A DNA stretch of 49,081 bases from Nanobdellota archaeon. Lineage in GTDB: Archaea > Nanobdellota > Nanobdellia > Woesearchaeales > GW2011-AR9. The stretch covers positions 1 through 49,081 of the forward strand of contig JBBSWG010000014.1 of NCBI GenBank assembly GCA_038046425.1, in the 5' to 3' direction. Shown here in pieces: positions 34,561-43,954 of this stretch. Below the pieces are notes generated by a model. It did not search any database. It had not been told where the DNA came from and was given only the letters and a program-made list of their open reading frames with translations. How positions within the stretch are numbered: the first letter of the stretch is position 1; each line of letters starts with the position of its first letter. Both the position numbers and the translations under genes were made by a program.

Positions 34561-35655
34561 ATGTCCAAAACCGGTCTCTTCTCATTAGAACTCGCGGCCA
34601 TCATGAATGAACTGCAGACCCTAGCCCAGGCAAAAATAACCTCAATTCACCAATTTGGCCCGGAATTCCTTTTCCAGTTGCATCAGGCGGGGAAAGGAAA
34701 GCTGCTGCTGCGGATCGTGCCCGGAAAATTGCTCGGTTTGACCAAGAAAAAAGAAGCAGCGCTCAAGCCCACGGAATTCTGCCTTCAATTGCGCCGCTGG
34801 CTGGAAGGGGGAATCATTACCAGTTTACGGCAGAAGGAAGCGGAACGGATTGTCGTCTTGGAAGTAGACAAAAAAGGGGAAAAAGAAGACCGATTCCTGG
34901 TAATTATCGAGCTGTTCTCGAAAGGCAATATCATCGTAACTGACCAGAATTATGTTATCCTTACCCTCTTTGAGCAACAGGAGTGGAAAGATCGCCAGGT
35001 CAAGCGGGGAGAAAAGTACCTATTTCCAAAGGCCGGCGCCAACTGGAAACAGATTACGGGAGAGGAATTGGCTGCTTTATTGAGCAAAAGCGGAAAACGA
35101 AATTTGGTTACAGCGTTAGCTACAGAGCTAGGTTTAGGAGGTTTGTATGCCGAAGAGCTTTGTATCATTGCGGACGTGGATAAAGTGTTGCTTCCAGCAC
35201 AGGTAAGCCCTTTCCAGATAACTTCTCTCCGCCGGGCCTTGACTCATCTCCTGAACCTTATTATGATTCCCCAAGGTTACTTTTATCCGGATGAAATCAC
35301 TCCTTTTCCCCTAACGAATCAGCAGGCTCTTCAAATAACTGTTTCCTATGCCGAAGCTGTCGATACTATCATTCCTTTCCCCAAATCTTCTCCCTACTTA
35401 GGCAAAATAAGCCAATTACAGCATACACTCATCCAGCAGGAGCAGGCGATTGTCGAGTATCAACAGAGCAGCGTTGAGAATAGGCATCGGGGTGAATTGA
35501 TCTATGAAAATTATGCTGCCCTGCAGAAACTGCTGGCGGCAATCCAGGAATGGAAACAGCAGCACGGCTGGGAAGTCGTGGCTCAGGAATTGCAGAAATT
35601 GCCTAAAATTAAACAGATTAACCTCAAAGAAAAGACAATTATAGTAGAATGCTGA
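34561..35655 (+). CDS. NFACT-N domain protein (RqcH/Rqc2/FbpA-like), lacking the C-terminal half
   Basis: The N-terminal pattern (ELQTLAQAKITSIHQ..., LRRWLEGGIITSLRQKEAERIVVLEV) and an HhH-like ALATELGLGGLYAEELC fit the family. At 364 aa it has no room for the NFACT-R/C domains. Confidence 0.6.
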   Translation: MSKTGLFSLELAAIMNELQTLAQAKITSIHQFGPEFLFQLHQAGKGKLLLRIVPGKLLGLTKKKEAALKPTEFCLQLRRWLEGGIITSLRQKEAERIVVLEVDKKGEKEDRFLVIIELFSKGNIIVTDQNYVILTLFEQQEWKDRQVKRGEKYLFPKAGANWKQITGEELAALLSKSGKRNLVTALATELGLGGLYAEELCIIADVDKVLLPAQVSPFQITSLRRALTHLLNLIMIPQGYFYPDEITPFPLTNQQALQITVSYAEAVDTIIPFPKSSPYLGKISQLQHTLIQQEQAIVEYQQSSVENRHRGELIYENYAALQKLLAAIQEWKQQHGWEVVAQELQKLPKIKQINLKEKTIIVEC

Positions 35656-35701
35656 ATAAGGGAATGACCAATGACGGGAGATCAAATAGTGAAATGTTAA
35701 A

Positions 35702-36799
35702 ATGCCTGATTACAACACTAAGATCGAGGATTTAGAGAAGGAGTTGCGCACAACAAAGTACAATAAGGCTACGCAGGGCCATATCGGGCTGGTTAAAGCC
35801 AAGTTAGCCCTGCTCAAAGAGAAGCAAGCGGGAAGAGTTCAGCAGAAGACGGGTAAGTCGGAGCATGGCTATTCTGTTCGTAAATCCGGTGATGCGACCG
35901 TGCTCTTGTTAGGTTTTCCTTCAACCGGAAAATCAACCTTACTCAATAAGTTGACGGATGCTCAGTCCGAAGTTGCTGCCTACGCTTTCACGACTCTTAC
36001 CGTCATTCCAGGCATGATGGAGTACAAGCAGGCGAAGATTCAGATTTTAGACGTTCCCGGAATTGTGAGCGGGGCGGCTTCCGGCCGGGGCCGCGGCCGG
36101 GAAGTTTTAGCGGTGATCAGGAATGCCGACTTAGTGCTGATCATCGTGGACGTCACCCAGCCCGAGCAATACCATGCTATCTTGCGGGAAGTCTGGGAAT
36201 CCGGAATCCGTATCAACAAGACCAAGTCGGAAGTCTATATCAAGAAGACAGCTCGGGGCGGGATTCAAATCGGTAAAACGGTCCCGCTGGACGTGGAAGA
36301 GGCAACGCTGGCCCGCATCTTACAGGAATTTAAGATCAATAATGCGGAAGTGCTGATCCGGAGCGTGGTGGATGTCGATGATTTCATTGACGCGATTGAA
36401 GGCAACAAGAAATATCTACCGGCGATAATCTGTGTGAATAAGGTTGATTTGGTGTCGGTGGGGGCAGCGGAGAAAGTCCGGAAGGAATTAAATGCCGATA
36501 TCTTGATTTCCGCTGAACAGAATATTAATGTTGGATCGTTGAAAGAGCTCATTTATGACAAATTAAATTTTATCCGCATCTATATGAAAGAGCCGAAAAA
36601 AGAAGCGGATAAGAACGTGCCGCTGATCATGACGAAAGGCGTCACCATCCAGGACGTCTGTACTAAGCTGCATAAAGATTTTGTTTCCCGGTTTAAGTTT
36701 GCCCGGGTGTGGGGAAACTCAGCTAAATTTCCAGGACAGCGCCTGATGCTCAATCACCGGCTGCAGGACCAGGATGTGCTGGAACTGCATGGGCGATGA
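35702..36799 (+). CDS. DRG-family (Obg-like) GTPase with a TGS domain
   Basis: G1 GFPSTGKST, G2 FTT, G3 DVPG, G4 NKVD, and a C-terminal TGS-like segment. 365 aa. Confidence 0.9.
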   Translation: MPDYNTKIEDLEKELRTTKYNKATQGHIGLVKAKLALLKEKQAGRVQQKTGKSEHGYSVRKSGDATVLLLGFPSTGKSTLLNKLTDAQSEVAAYAFTTLTVIPGMMEYKQAKIQILDVPGIVSGAASGRGRGREVLAVIRNADLVLIIVDVTQPEQYHAILREVWESGIRINKTKSEVYIKKTARGGIQIGKTVPLDVEEATLARILQEFKINNAEVLIRSVVDVDDFIDAIEGNKKYLPAIICVNKVDLVSVGAAEKVRKELNADILISAEQNINVGSLKELIYDKLNFIRIYMKEPKKEADKNVPLIMTKGVTIQDVCTKLHKDFVSRFKFARVWGNSAKFPGQRLMLNHRLQDQDVLELHGR

Positions 36800-36861
36800 A
36801 TTTTTGTTATTTATCCAATAAAGTGTGAATGTTTATAAAAACTCTCTTTAATATGAACTTC

Positions 36862-38970
36862 ATGTGCGGCCTCCTGGGCATCTTTAATGACCCTCATGCG
36901 TATCGAAAGATTAAACGGGGCCTGGCCCTGCTCCAGAAGAGGGGAAAAGATTATGCGGGCATCGCATCGTTACATGCTATCCACCATGCTCCTAAGATTA
37001 AAGATCTTCCTCCTTTGTCCGGAGACCATGTGCTCGGCCATGTTCTTCATGCCGTCGTTGAATGCGTACCCCAACCCCTAAAACAACAGGGAATTCTAGC
37101 CGCGAATTGCGAAATCTATAACTGGAAAGAGTTACAGCAGCAGTATCATCTTCCCGCCAGGAATGATGCGGAATTACTCTTGCAATTCCTGGATAAATTT
37201 GGCGTGACGAAACTAGCAGAGTTAGATGGGGTGTACTCCTTTGCCCACTGGCAGCAGGGGAAAGTAGTCTTAGCGCGTGATATTCTCGGCGAGAAGCCGT
37301 TATGGTTCTCTCACACTACGGAACGCTTTGCCTTCTGCTCGGAAAAGAAAGTGTTGGAAAAGATCGGTTTTGTGGATATACAGGAGCTCAATCCCCGTCA
37401 GATCCTGTTCTATGATCTCGGCAGAAATACCCTTCATCTTCACCATCGCCCTTTCTTTACCCTGCAGCCAGAGCATGCCGCCTCCTATGAACTCCTTAAA
37501 GTAAAGATTGAAGCGCTGCTGGAAGCGGCGATCGAAAAAAGGATTCCGGCGCAGAAAGTCGGCTTGTTGTTCTCGGGAGGCGTTGATTCGGCTTTCCTCG
37601 CCCAGGCACTGAAACAGAAAGGGGTAGATTTTACCTGTTATACGGCTGCTTTAGATACCGAGCCAGCGGCTGCCGATCTCGTCCAGGCCCGGAAGGTTGC
37701 CCAGCTCCTGGATCTTCCCCTGAAAGTGAAATTGCTGCGTCTGGAGGAAGTGCCAGCGTATCTTAAAATCATTGTTCCCTTGATTGAAGACAGTAATGTA
37801 ACGAAAGTGGGCGTCGCGTTACCTTTTTTTCTGGCCTGCGAACTTGCGCAGCAAGATGGCTGTAAAGTGATCTTTTCCGGCTTAGGCAGCGAAGAGCTTT
37901 TTGCCGGGTATGAGCGGCATAAATTAGCGGGCAAGGTCAATGAAGAATGCTTATCCGGCTTGCTGAAGATGTACGAGCGGGACTTGTATCGGGATGATGT
38001 GGTTACCATGTATCATGGCCTGGAATTGCGCCTGCCTTTCTTAGACACGCGATTGGTAGAGTACGCTTTACGGATTCCGGCGCGGTATAAAATTAAAGAG
38101 AAAATGGGCAAATTCATCCTGCGGGACCTTGCTGCCAGCATGCTTCCACCAGAAGTAGCCTTCCGCAAGAAGATTGCCGCGCAATACGGTTCCCGCTTTG
38201 ATTATGCACTGGAGAAATTGGCTAAGCGCTATCGCTATCTCTCCAAATCAGCCTATGTACGAACATTTTATCCTGCCCACAACCTAAAATTAGGCGTCCT
38301 GTTTTCCGGCGGGAAAGACAGTACTTATGCGGCTTTGATCATGAAAAGGCAGAATTATGAATTGAGCTGTTTAATTACCTTAAAATCTGCTAATCCTGAC
38401 TCCTACATGTTCCATACGCCGGCTATTGAACTGACCAGATTACAGGCCCAGGTGATGGGGATACCTATTCTCTATCAACAGACCTCCGGCCGGAAAGAGC
38501 AGGAGCTGAAGGATCTGGAAACCGCGCTTCGGCTCGCGAAGAAAAAATATAAGATTGATGGCGTGGTTTCCGGCGCTTTAGCTTCTACCTATCAGCGCAA
38601 CCGTATCGAAAGGGCCTGTGATAAAGTAGGTTTAAAAATCTTCACTCCCCTCTGGCATAAGCCGCAGGCGGACCAGTTGCGGGAATTACTGCAGCAGGGA
38701 TTTAAGGTTATCCTGACTTCCATCTCGGCTGAAGGCCTGGATGAGAAGTGGTTAGGAAGACCGTTGGATGATACCATGATCCTGGATTTGGAACGGTTGC
38801 ATAAAACCATCGGGATTAATGTCGCTCTCGAGGGGGGAGAAGCCGAAAGCTTAGTGTTGGATTGCCCCTTATTCCGGAAAAAGATTAAGATAGTGGAAGC
38901 GGAGAAGGTGATGGAAAGGAGGAATACGGGAAGGCTGATGATTCGGAAAGTGGTGGTGGAAGGGAAATAA
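36862..38970 (+). CDS. fusion protein combining AsnB-type glutamine amidotransferase/asparagine-synthase-like domains with a Dph6/MJ0570-type diphthine-ammonia ligase domain
   Basis: MCGLLGIF gives the Ntn Cys2, so ATG 36862 is preferred to 36829. The first PP-loop is LFSGGVDS. The second module, LFSGGKDSTY...YMFHT...GAL.S.YQ..R...PLW...EGGE.ES, is typical of the Diphthami_syn_2 family. Confidence 0.75.
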   Translation: MCGLLGIFNDPHAYRKIKRGLALLQKRGKDYAGIASLHAIHHAPKIKDLPPLSGDHVLGHVLHAVVECVPQPLKQQGILAANCEIYNWKELQQQYHLPARNDAELLLQFLDKFGVTKLAELDGVYSFAHWQQGKVVLARDILGEKPLWFSHTTERFAFCSEKKVLEKIGFVDIQELNPRQILFYDLGRNTLHLHHRPFFTLQPEHAASYELLKVKIEALLEAAIEKRIPAQKVGLLFSGGVDSAFLAQALKQKGVDFTCYTAALDTEPAAADLVQARKVAQLLDLPLKVKLLRLEEVPAYLKIIVPLIEDSNVTKVGVALPFFLACELAQQDGCKVIFSGLGSEELFAGYERHKLAGKVNEECLSGLLKMYERDLYRDDVVTMYHGLELRLPFLDTRLVEYALRIPARYKIKEKMGKFILRDLAASMLPPEVAFRKKIAAQYGSRFDYALEKLAKRYRYLSKSAYVRTFYPAHNLKLGVLFSGGKDSTYAALIMKRQNYELSCLITLKSANPDSYMFHTPAIELTRLQAQVMGIPILYQQTSGRKEQELKDLETALRLAKKKYKIDGVVSGALASTYQRNRIERACDKVGLKIFTPLWHKPQADQLRELLQQGFKVILTSISAEGLDEKWLGRPLDDTMILDLERLHKTIGINVALEGGEAESLVLDCPLFRKKIKIVEAEKVMERRNTGRLMIRKVVVEGK

Positions 38971-38986
38971 AAATCCCCGCAAACAA

Positions 38987-39415
38987 ATGAAAAGAGCTAA
39001 AAAAGTCGTCATCTGCTTCGGCACCTTTGACCTGCTGCATTTAGGGCACCTGCACTATTTTCGGCAGGCCAGGAAACATGGTGATTATCTTGTTGTGGTC
39101 ATTGCCCGGGATCGTACCAAAAGAAAGCAGAACAAAAAAACCATCTTTAACGAGCTGGAACGGCTGCAGATGGTACAGAGCCTAAAGTTGGTGGATAAAG
39201 CCGTTCTCGGTCATCCCCGCAATCACTTTAAAATCATCATTAAGCACAAACCAGAGGTTATCTGTTTAGGGTATGATCATGCGATCAAAGAGAAGCGGTT
39301 GGCGAAAGAACTGGGGAAATATAGGTTGTATCCAGAGATTAAGAGAATGAAAGCGTATAAAGCTGGAAAATATAAAGGAGGGAAGATGAAAAAGTTCATC
39401 CTTAGAGGGTTTTGA
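38987..39415 (+). CDS. cytidylyltransferase-fold nucleotidyltransferase (RibL/FAD synthetase-like)
   Basis: 142 aa. GTFDLLHLGH (the HxGH motif) followed by VVVIARD, with the size and layout of archaeal RibL/TagD-like enzymes. Confidence 0.6.
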   Translation: MKRAKKVVICFGTFDLLHLGHLHYFRQARKHGDYLVVVIARDRTKRKQNKKTIFNELERLQMVQSLKLVDKAVLGHPRNHFKIIIKHKPEVICLGYDHAIKEKRLAKELGKYRLYPEIKRMKAYKAGKYKGGKMKKFILRGF

Positions 39416-39497
39416 ATAGATCGTGCTTTTCTACGTGAAGTACGTCGATTTCAACGTCGCCTCAAAACCCTCCAGCGTGGGGTACGAGGTTTCTGTT
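39404..39497 (+). repeat. intergenic repeat, family C copy 2
   Basis: AGAGGGTTTTGAAT...GTGAAGTACGTCGATTTCAACGTCGCCTCAAAACCCTCCAGCGTGGGG. It starts inside the last codons of the upstream CDS. Confidence 0.7.
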
Positions 39498-39643
39498 AAA
39501 CCCGCTTCTATTAATTATTCCGTTAATTGTCCAGATAGTACCCACTAATTACTATTTCCCTCACCCCGCGCCAGGAATTTTTCTGCACAAAATTTTCTAA
39601 ATCCACAACCTATTTAAACCCATCTCTTTCCTAAACCGTTACC

Positions 39644-40219
39644 ATGGACCTCACTACCCCCAAAATCAACAGCCTCGCTCCTTCATTCACCAGCAAAGCT
39701 TTCCAGAACAACGAGATTAAGACCATCAGCTTAACCAGCTATCGCGGGAAATGGGTGGTGTTGGTATTTTATCCCGCCGATTTTACCTTTATTTGCCCGA
39801 CCGAGCTGGGAGACCTCGCCGATAAATATGATGAATTCCAGAAACTGAATGCGGAAGTTCTGAGCGTCAGCACCGATACCGCCTTTGTCCATAAGGCCTG
39901 GCATGATAACTCGCCGACCATTAAAAAAATCCGTTTTCCCATGCTGGCTGATCCTACCGGCACGATCTGTAAAGCTTACGGTACGTACATTCCCGAAGAA
40001 GGCTTATGCTGGCGGGGAACATTTATCATTGATCCGGATGGCCTCATTAAAGCCTACGAGTTGCATGACAACAGCATCGGCCGGAACAGCAGTGAATTGT
40101 TGCGGAAGGTTAAAGCAGCTCAATATGTGCGGGAGCATGGCGGAGAAGTCTGTCCCGCTAACTGGGAGCCGGGAAAGGCAACCCTAAAACCTGGTTTGGA
40201 ATTAGTGGGGAAGATTTAA
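39644..40219 (+). CDS. typical 2-Cys peroxiredoxin (AhpC/Prx1 type)
   Basis: Peroxidatic FYPADFTFICPTE and resolving EVCPANW motifs. Confidence 0.9.
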   Translation: MDLTTPKINSLAPSFTSKAFQNNEIKTISLTSYRGKWVVLVFYPADFTFICPTELGDLADKYDEFQKLNAEVLSVSTDTAFVHKAWHDNSPTIKKIRFPMLADPTGTICKAYGTYIPEEGLCWRGTFIIDPDGLIKAYELHDNSIGRNSSELLRKVKAAQYVREHGGEVCPANWEPGKATLKPGLELVGKI

Positions 40220-40243
40220 ATAGTAAAATCCTTTTATAGGAAA

Positions 40244-40354
40244 ATGTTTTCCGGAAACAACATGGGAAATCCAGACTGGTATAAAATTGGAATGATTATC
40301 ATCATCATCCTTTTAATCATCGCCCTCATCTGGAGTTTTGTGAGACCACAATGA
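40244..40354 (+). CDS. candidate 36-aa single-TM micro-protein
   Basis: MFSGNNMGNPDWYKIGMIIIIILLIIALIWSFVRPQ. Its TGA overlaps the ATG of the next ORF (ATGA at 40351-40354). It is below the size cutoff of the ORF track. Confidence 0.3.
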   Translation: MFSGNNMGNPDWYKIGMIIIIILLIIALIWSFVRPQ

Positions 40355-40626
40355 ATCTTAACCGGTTTATTGGTGCACTGTTGGTGATTTCTACTCTGGT
40401 TGCTATTGTTGTAATTTTGTGGTACCTCTTGGGCAGTTCTCCAACGCCGGACCAATTGCTTTGGGCTGTAGTTCTTCCTTTGTATATCTATATTTTCTAT
40501 ACCAGGGAAAAATTTAATGAGAAACTTTATAAAACCAGGGAAGGGCTGTTAAAGGAAATTTCTGAAACGAGAGAGAAGTTATTAGGAGAACTCTCAGAAA
40601 TTAAGCAGGCTCTTGGTAAGAAGTGA
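40351..40626 (+). CDS. small two-TM membrane protein
   Basis: 91 aa, with two hydrophobic helices and then a charged helix. Confidence 0.45.
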   Translation: MNLNRFIGALLVISTLVAIVVILWYLLGSSPTPDQLLWAVVLPLYIYIFYTREKFNEKLYKTREGLLKEISETREKLLGELSEIKQALGKK

Positions 40627-40640
40627 CCAGAGGACTAAAC

Positions 40641-41237
40641 ATGACCTACACCGAACAAAACTTTGAACATCTGCTGGGGACGCCCGGCTTTAGCGACCAA
40701 CTATTGAAAAATCATTTTAAGCTCTACGCTGGTTACGTGGCCAATACCAATAAATTGCTGGATAGGCTGATGACTTTAGTTAAAGAAGGCAATACGGCCA
40801 CTCCTGAATTTGCCGAGCTGAAACGCCGGTTCGGCTGGGAATTTAACGGCATGCGCTGGCACGAGTTATATTTTGGCAATATGAGCAAGACCAAGAAGAC
40901 CTTGCCGGAAAGCTCGCTTCTCTACCAGAAGATGGTGGAAGTGTTTGGTTCCGGTGAGAATTGTGAGAAAGCCTTTGTGGCTACGGGCTCGATGAGGGGC
41001 ATTGGCTGGGTTGTCACGAGTTATGATCCAGTCGCTAAAAGATTATTTCAGGTCTGGGTGAATGAGCATGATATGGGTCATCTGGCCGGGACTGTTCCGA
41101 TTTTAATCATGGACGTGTTTGAGCATGCCTTTATGCTGGATTATGGATTGGACCGGGCGGGTTACATCAAGGCTTTCTTAAATGCGATTGATTGGGAGGT
41201 GGCGGGGGGAAGGTTTGATAAAGCGATAAAGCAGTAA
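40641..41237 (+). CDS. Fe/Mn superoxide dismutase family protein
   Basis: C-terminal DVFEHAFMLDYG (the D-x-x-E-H ligand block), plus N-terminal NHFKLYAGYV and WHELYF histidines. ATG 40641 is preferred to GTG 40623. Confidence 0.75.
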   Translation: MTYTEQNFEHLLGTPGFSDQLLKNHFKLYAGYVANTNKLLDRLMTLVKEGNTATPEFAELKRRFGWEFNGMRWHELYFGNMSKTKKTLPESSLLYQKMVEVFGSGENCEKAFVATGSMRGIGWVVTSYDPVAKRLFQVWVNEHDMGHLAGTVPILIMDVFEHAFMLDYGLDRAGYIKAFLNAIDWEVAGGRFDKAIKQ

Positions 41238-41264
41238 AAAGAATAAAACAAGAAGCCCGAATTC

Positions 41265-41331
41265 GACGCTTTCCTAGAGGGCCTGATGGCGGACGTTGAT
41301 AGGCTATACTTCATCCCAGCGACGTATTATA
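41265..41331 (-). repeat. intergenic repeat, family C copy 3 (divergent, inverted)
   Basis: The reverse complement reads ATAATACGTCGCTGG[18-nt insert]AACGTCCGCCATCAGGCCCTCTAG. It aligns with copy 1 (AATACGCCGCTGCTAACGTCGCCTCAAGACCCTCCAG). Confidence 0.5.
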
Positions 41332-41359
41332 TGTAAACTAAAAACGTGATAGCATAAGA

Positions 41360-42151
41360 TTATCTAAGAACCGCCGAGGCAGATTGAAGATATCCCCTTA
41401 CTTTTTCAATATTCAACAAGTCATCGCCATAGGCAGAAGTTATTTTATCTCTTAATCCCCCTTCAGCATCAATACAAAAATCATTGGCTTTAATCTGCTG
41501 AAGAATCTCCCTTAATCTTGGAGCAAGATTTTCTCCGGTAAATCCACCGGCAAAACCGATAGTTAAATCCAGACATTGTTCCTTTAATTCTGAATAAATT
41601 GCCACCGATGATTCCAGATCAAATGGCCTTCCTCGGCCCCCGGAAGGATCAATTAGAACATAACTTATCAGATCTTGATATTCTTTAATCTTTTGGGCTA
41701 TTTGATTTGGTGTTTTTCCCTCCATCGCTTTAAGTGAAGCCTGGAAAACAATTTGCATCTCGGGGTATTGCTCTCTTATTCTTGCCACTTGCCCCAGGTC
41801 TGGCCAGACTATGTTTAATTGTAGAGCTCTGCACCAACTCTTATCATAAACGTCATCAAATATTTGAGCAACTTGCTGTGATAAAGTATCGATTTCTCTG
41901 GAGTTATAATGTACCATGGTCAACACTTGTCCACCAGTTGCTCTCAATAAGTCTGGAAGGGAATTTGCCGGAGGATATCTTCTATTTTGGGTTGTTTGTC
42001 CATTAAGAGTCTTATAGCTTACCAGAAATCCAAGCATAGGAATATGGGGGCTATCCCTAGAATAACCAGCTTCAGAAAACTCTTTACAGATGGCTCTCGT
42101 TTCCGGAATATTTGCTGGCCCGGTAATCCCAACATATGCTTTTGCTTTCAT
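41360..42151 (-). CDS. TIM-barrel protein, phosphoribosylanthranilate-isomerase-like
   Basis: LIDPSGGRGRPFD and GFAGGFTGENL resemble the phosphate-binding motifs of the TrpF family. This is a weak assignment. Confidence 0.35.
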   Translation of the reverse strand: MKAKAYVGITGPANIPETRAICKEFSEAGYSRDSPHIPMLGFLVSYKTLNGQTTQNRRYPPANSLPDLLRATGGQVLTMVHYNSREIDTLSQQVAQIFDDVYDKSWCRALQLNIVWPDLGQVARIREQYPEMQIVFQASLKAMEGKTPNQIAQKIKEYQDLISYVLIDPSGGRGRPFDLESSVAIYSELKEQCLDLTIGFAGGFTGENLAPRLREILQQIKANDFCIDAEGGLRDKITSAYGDDLLNIEKVRGYLQSASAVLR

Positions 42152-42191
42152 AATAAACCAGAATTGTAGTTAAATTATAAACATTTTGTCC

Positions 42192-42878
42192 CTAAATCGG
42201 GGATCCTGACGGCTGGCGCTGATAGGCCCTACTTAGCCTTTCCTTCATTCTTTTCTTCCCTTTCGTCACCACCGCAAACAAAAAGCTGCGCCGCTGCTGG
42301 ATGTTCTGTAATCCTGCTTCCTGAAACAACCTAAGCATCTCTTTCCGGCTATTAACCTTCTGACAGCCCGGCTCCAGATGCTCAAAAAGCCAATGAATAC
42401 CATGAAAAAAGAAATTGATATCAACAATCATCACTATTCCACCTTTCTTGGCCACCCGCATCATCTCCCGCAAGGCTTTCTGCTGATCACCGTAATGATG
42501 AAAAGCTTCCGTGCTGACCACGTAATCAAAAGAGTTAGAAGCAAAAGGAAGAGCGTGGACATTTCCCGGCATTAAGGTAACCGCTGCTGAAACTCTTTCT
42601 CTAGCCTTAGCTAGCATTTCCGGAGAGAGATCTACACCCACCAGCTGAAGCTTCTTCTCCCCATTTTTTCTTTCCAAAGCTTTCAATAATTGCCCCGTGC
42701 CACAACTAACGTCCAATAATTTTCCTTTGCTTGAGAAATCAACTTCTTCCAGCACCGGCCGCTGAAAGCCACGCATCCAGAACTGGAATAAAGGGAAGTC
42801 ATAGGTTTTAGACCAACGGCGGAAGAAGGAAAGATTCTGGTTCAGATTGTCTGGTAAATTATCTGGTCGGCTCTTCAT
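42192..42878 (-). CDS. class I SAM-dependent methyltransferase (UbiE/Methyltransf_11-like)
   Basis: Motif I LLDVSCGTGQL, with the post-I and motif II spacing typical of the family. Confidence 0.75.
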   Translation of the reverse strand: MKSRPDNLPDNLNQNLSFFRRWSKTYDFPLFQFWMRGFQRPVLEEVDFSSKGKLLDVSCGTGQLLKALERKNGEKKLQLVGVDLSPEMLAKARERVSAAVTLMPGNVHALPFASNSFDYVVSTEAFHHYGDQQKALREMMRVAKKGGIVMIVDINFFFHGIHWLFEHLEPGCQKVNSRKEMLRLFQEAGLQNIQQRRSFLFAVVTKGKKRMKERLSRAYQRQPSGSPI

Positions 42879-42885
42879 TCTTTTC

Positions 42886-43284
42886 TCATCGTGCCCGATC
42901 CACCATCTCTTTAACCTCTTTCTCCACTTCTTCGGCCTCTTCCCGGCTCACCTCGGGAAAGAACTGCGAAATCATCGTCGGCTTCATTCCGATGATCTTA
43001 ACTTTTCCCGCTTCTTCCAGCACATTGATCTTACAGGGAAGACAGAGCGAGATCAGCCGGTTCTGGTTCAGGAATTGATGCGCATATTTTCCGGAACAGA
43101 TTTCAATGATCTTTAACGGCTGCTGTTCAAAGCCTTTCGCTGCCAGCCGTTCTTTCACATCATAAACCTGGAATAAAGACCAGCCTTTTTGCTCCACCGC
43201 TTTCAGTACGGAAATAACCGCATCGTCAAAGCTTTTATCCGTTTCCACCATGTAGGCAAAATCATTACCCTTCATTTTAATCAC
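42886..43284 (-). CDS. DUF302 domain protein
   Basis: 132 aa. The pattern ...FDDAV..V..A....G.......D.........F......I.E.C....A........I...LPC.I.V.E is typical of DUF302. Confidence 0.6.
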   Translation of the reverse strand: MIKMKGNDFAYMVETDKSFDDAVISVLKAVEQKGWSLFQVYDVKERLAAKGFEQQPLKIIEICSGKYAHQFLNQNRLISLCLPCKINVLEEAGKVKIIGMKPTMISQFFPEVSREEAEEVEKEVKEMVDRAR

Positions 43285-43292
43285 CTCTATTT

Positions 43293-43931
43293 CTAATCAC
43301 CTCTCTTTCTAAATAAGTTATGAATGAACATTTGAGGCACACCCCACGGTGTTAGATGCTCCTCTTCAAAACTCTTTAGGTGCTCAAACTCACAAAACAG
43401 CTTTCTCATCGAATCTTCAGAGAAGTGTTTTACCTCTAAGCCGCTGCAGCGGGTTGGCCCCTGGAAGGAAAAAGCTGAAATAATTAAGTAGCCGCCCGGC
43501 ACCAGGAACTGCCATGCCGCTTTCGCATAGTCCTGTGCTTCTTGCTCTTTAGTTAAGAAATGAAGCACCGCCCGATCATGCCAGAGGCCATATCTGTCGT
43601 TCGTTTTGAATTTCCTGATATCTGACACTATCCATTGAACTCCGTTTACCTTATCCCCTAATCTTTTCTTTGCTTTATCTAAAGCCGTTGAAGAAACATC
43701 TAAAACAGTTATATTCCTAAAACCCTGAGCAAGAAGATGATCTACTAAAGTAGAATCTCCTGCGCCAACATCAATAATTTTTGCGTCTTTGGCCAGACTG
43801 GTTTCCGCAATTAAACTAAGTGAGGTTTGGGGAGTTTCCTGATACCAGCTTACCCTGTGGGTTTTTTTGCTCTGATAGATGCTATTCCAGTGTTCTTGGG
43901 CGTTGAAAATCATTTTTACTATCCCCGCCAT
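43293..43931 (-). CDS. class I SAM-dependent methyltransferase (TehB/thiopurine-MT-like)
   Basis: Motif I IIDVGAGDSTL, then ITVLDVS, then the N-terminal W...Y pattern. Confidence 0.7.
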   Translation of the reverse strand: MAGIVKMIFNAQEHWNSIYQSKKTHRVSWYQETPQTSLSLIAETSLAKDAKIIDVGAGDSTLVDHLLAQGFRNITVLDVSSTALDKAKKRLGDKVNGVQWIVSDIRKFKTNDRYGLWHDRAVLHFLTKEQEAQDYAKAAWQFLVPGGYLIISAFSFQGPTRCSGLEVKHFSEDSMRKLFCEFEHLKSFEEEHLTPWGVPQMFIHNLFRKRGD

Positions 43932-43954
43932 TTTCCCCCGCCATTTCCGGCCGT

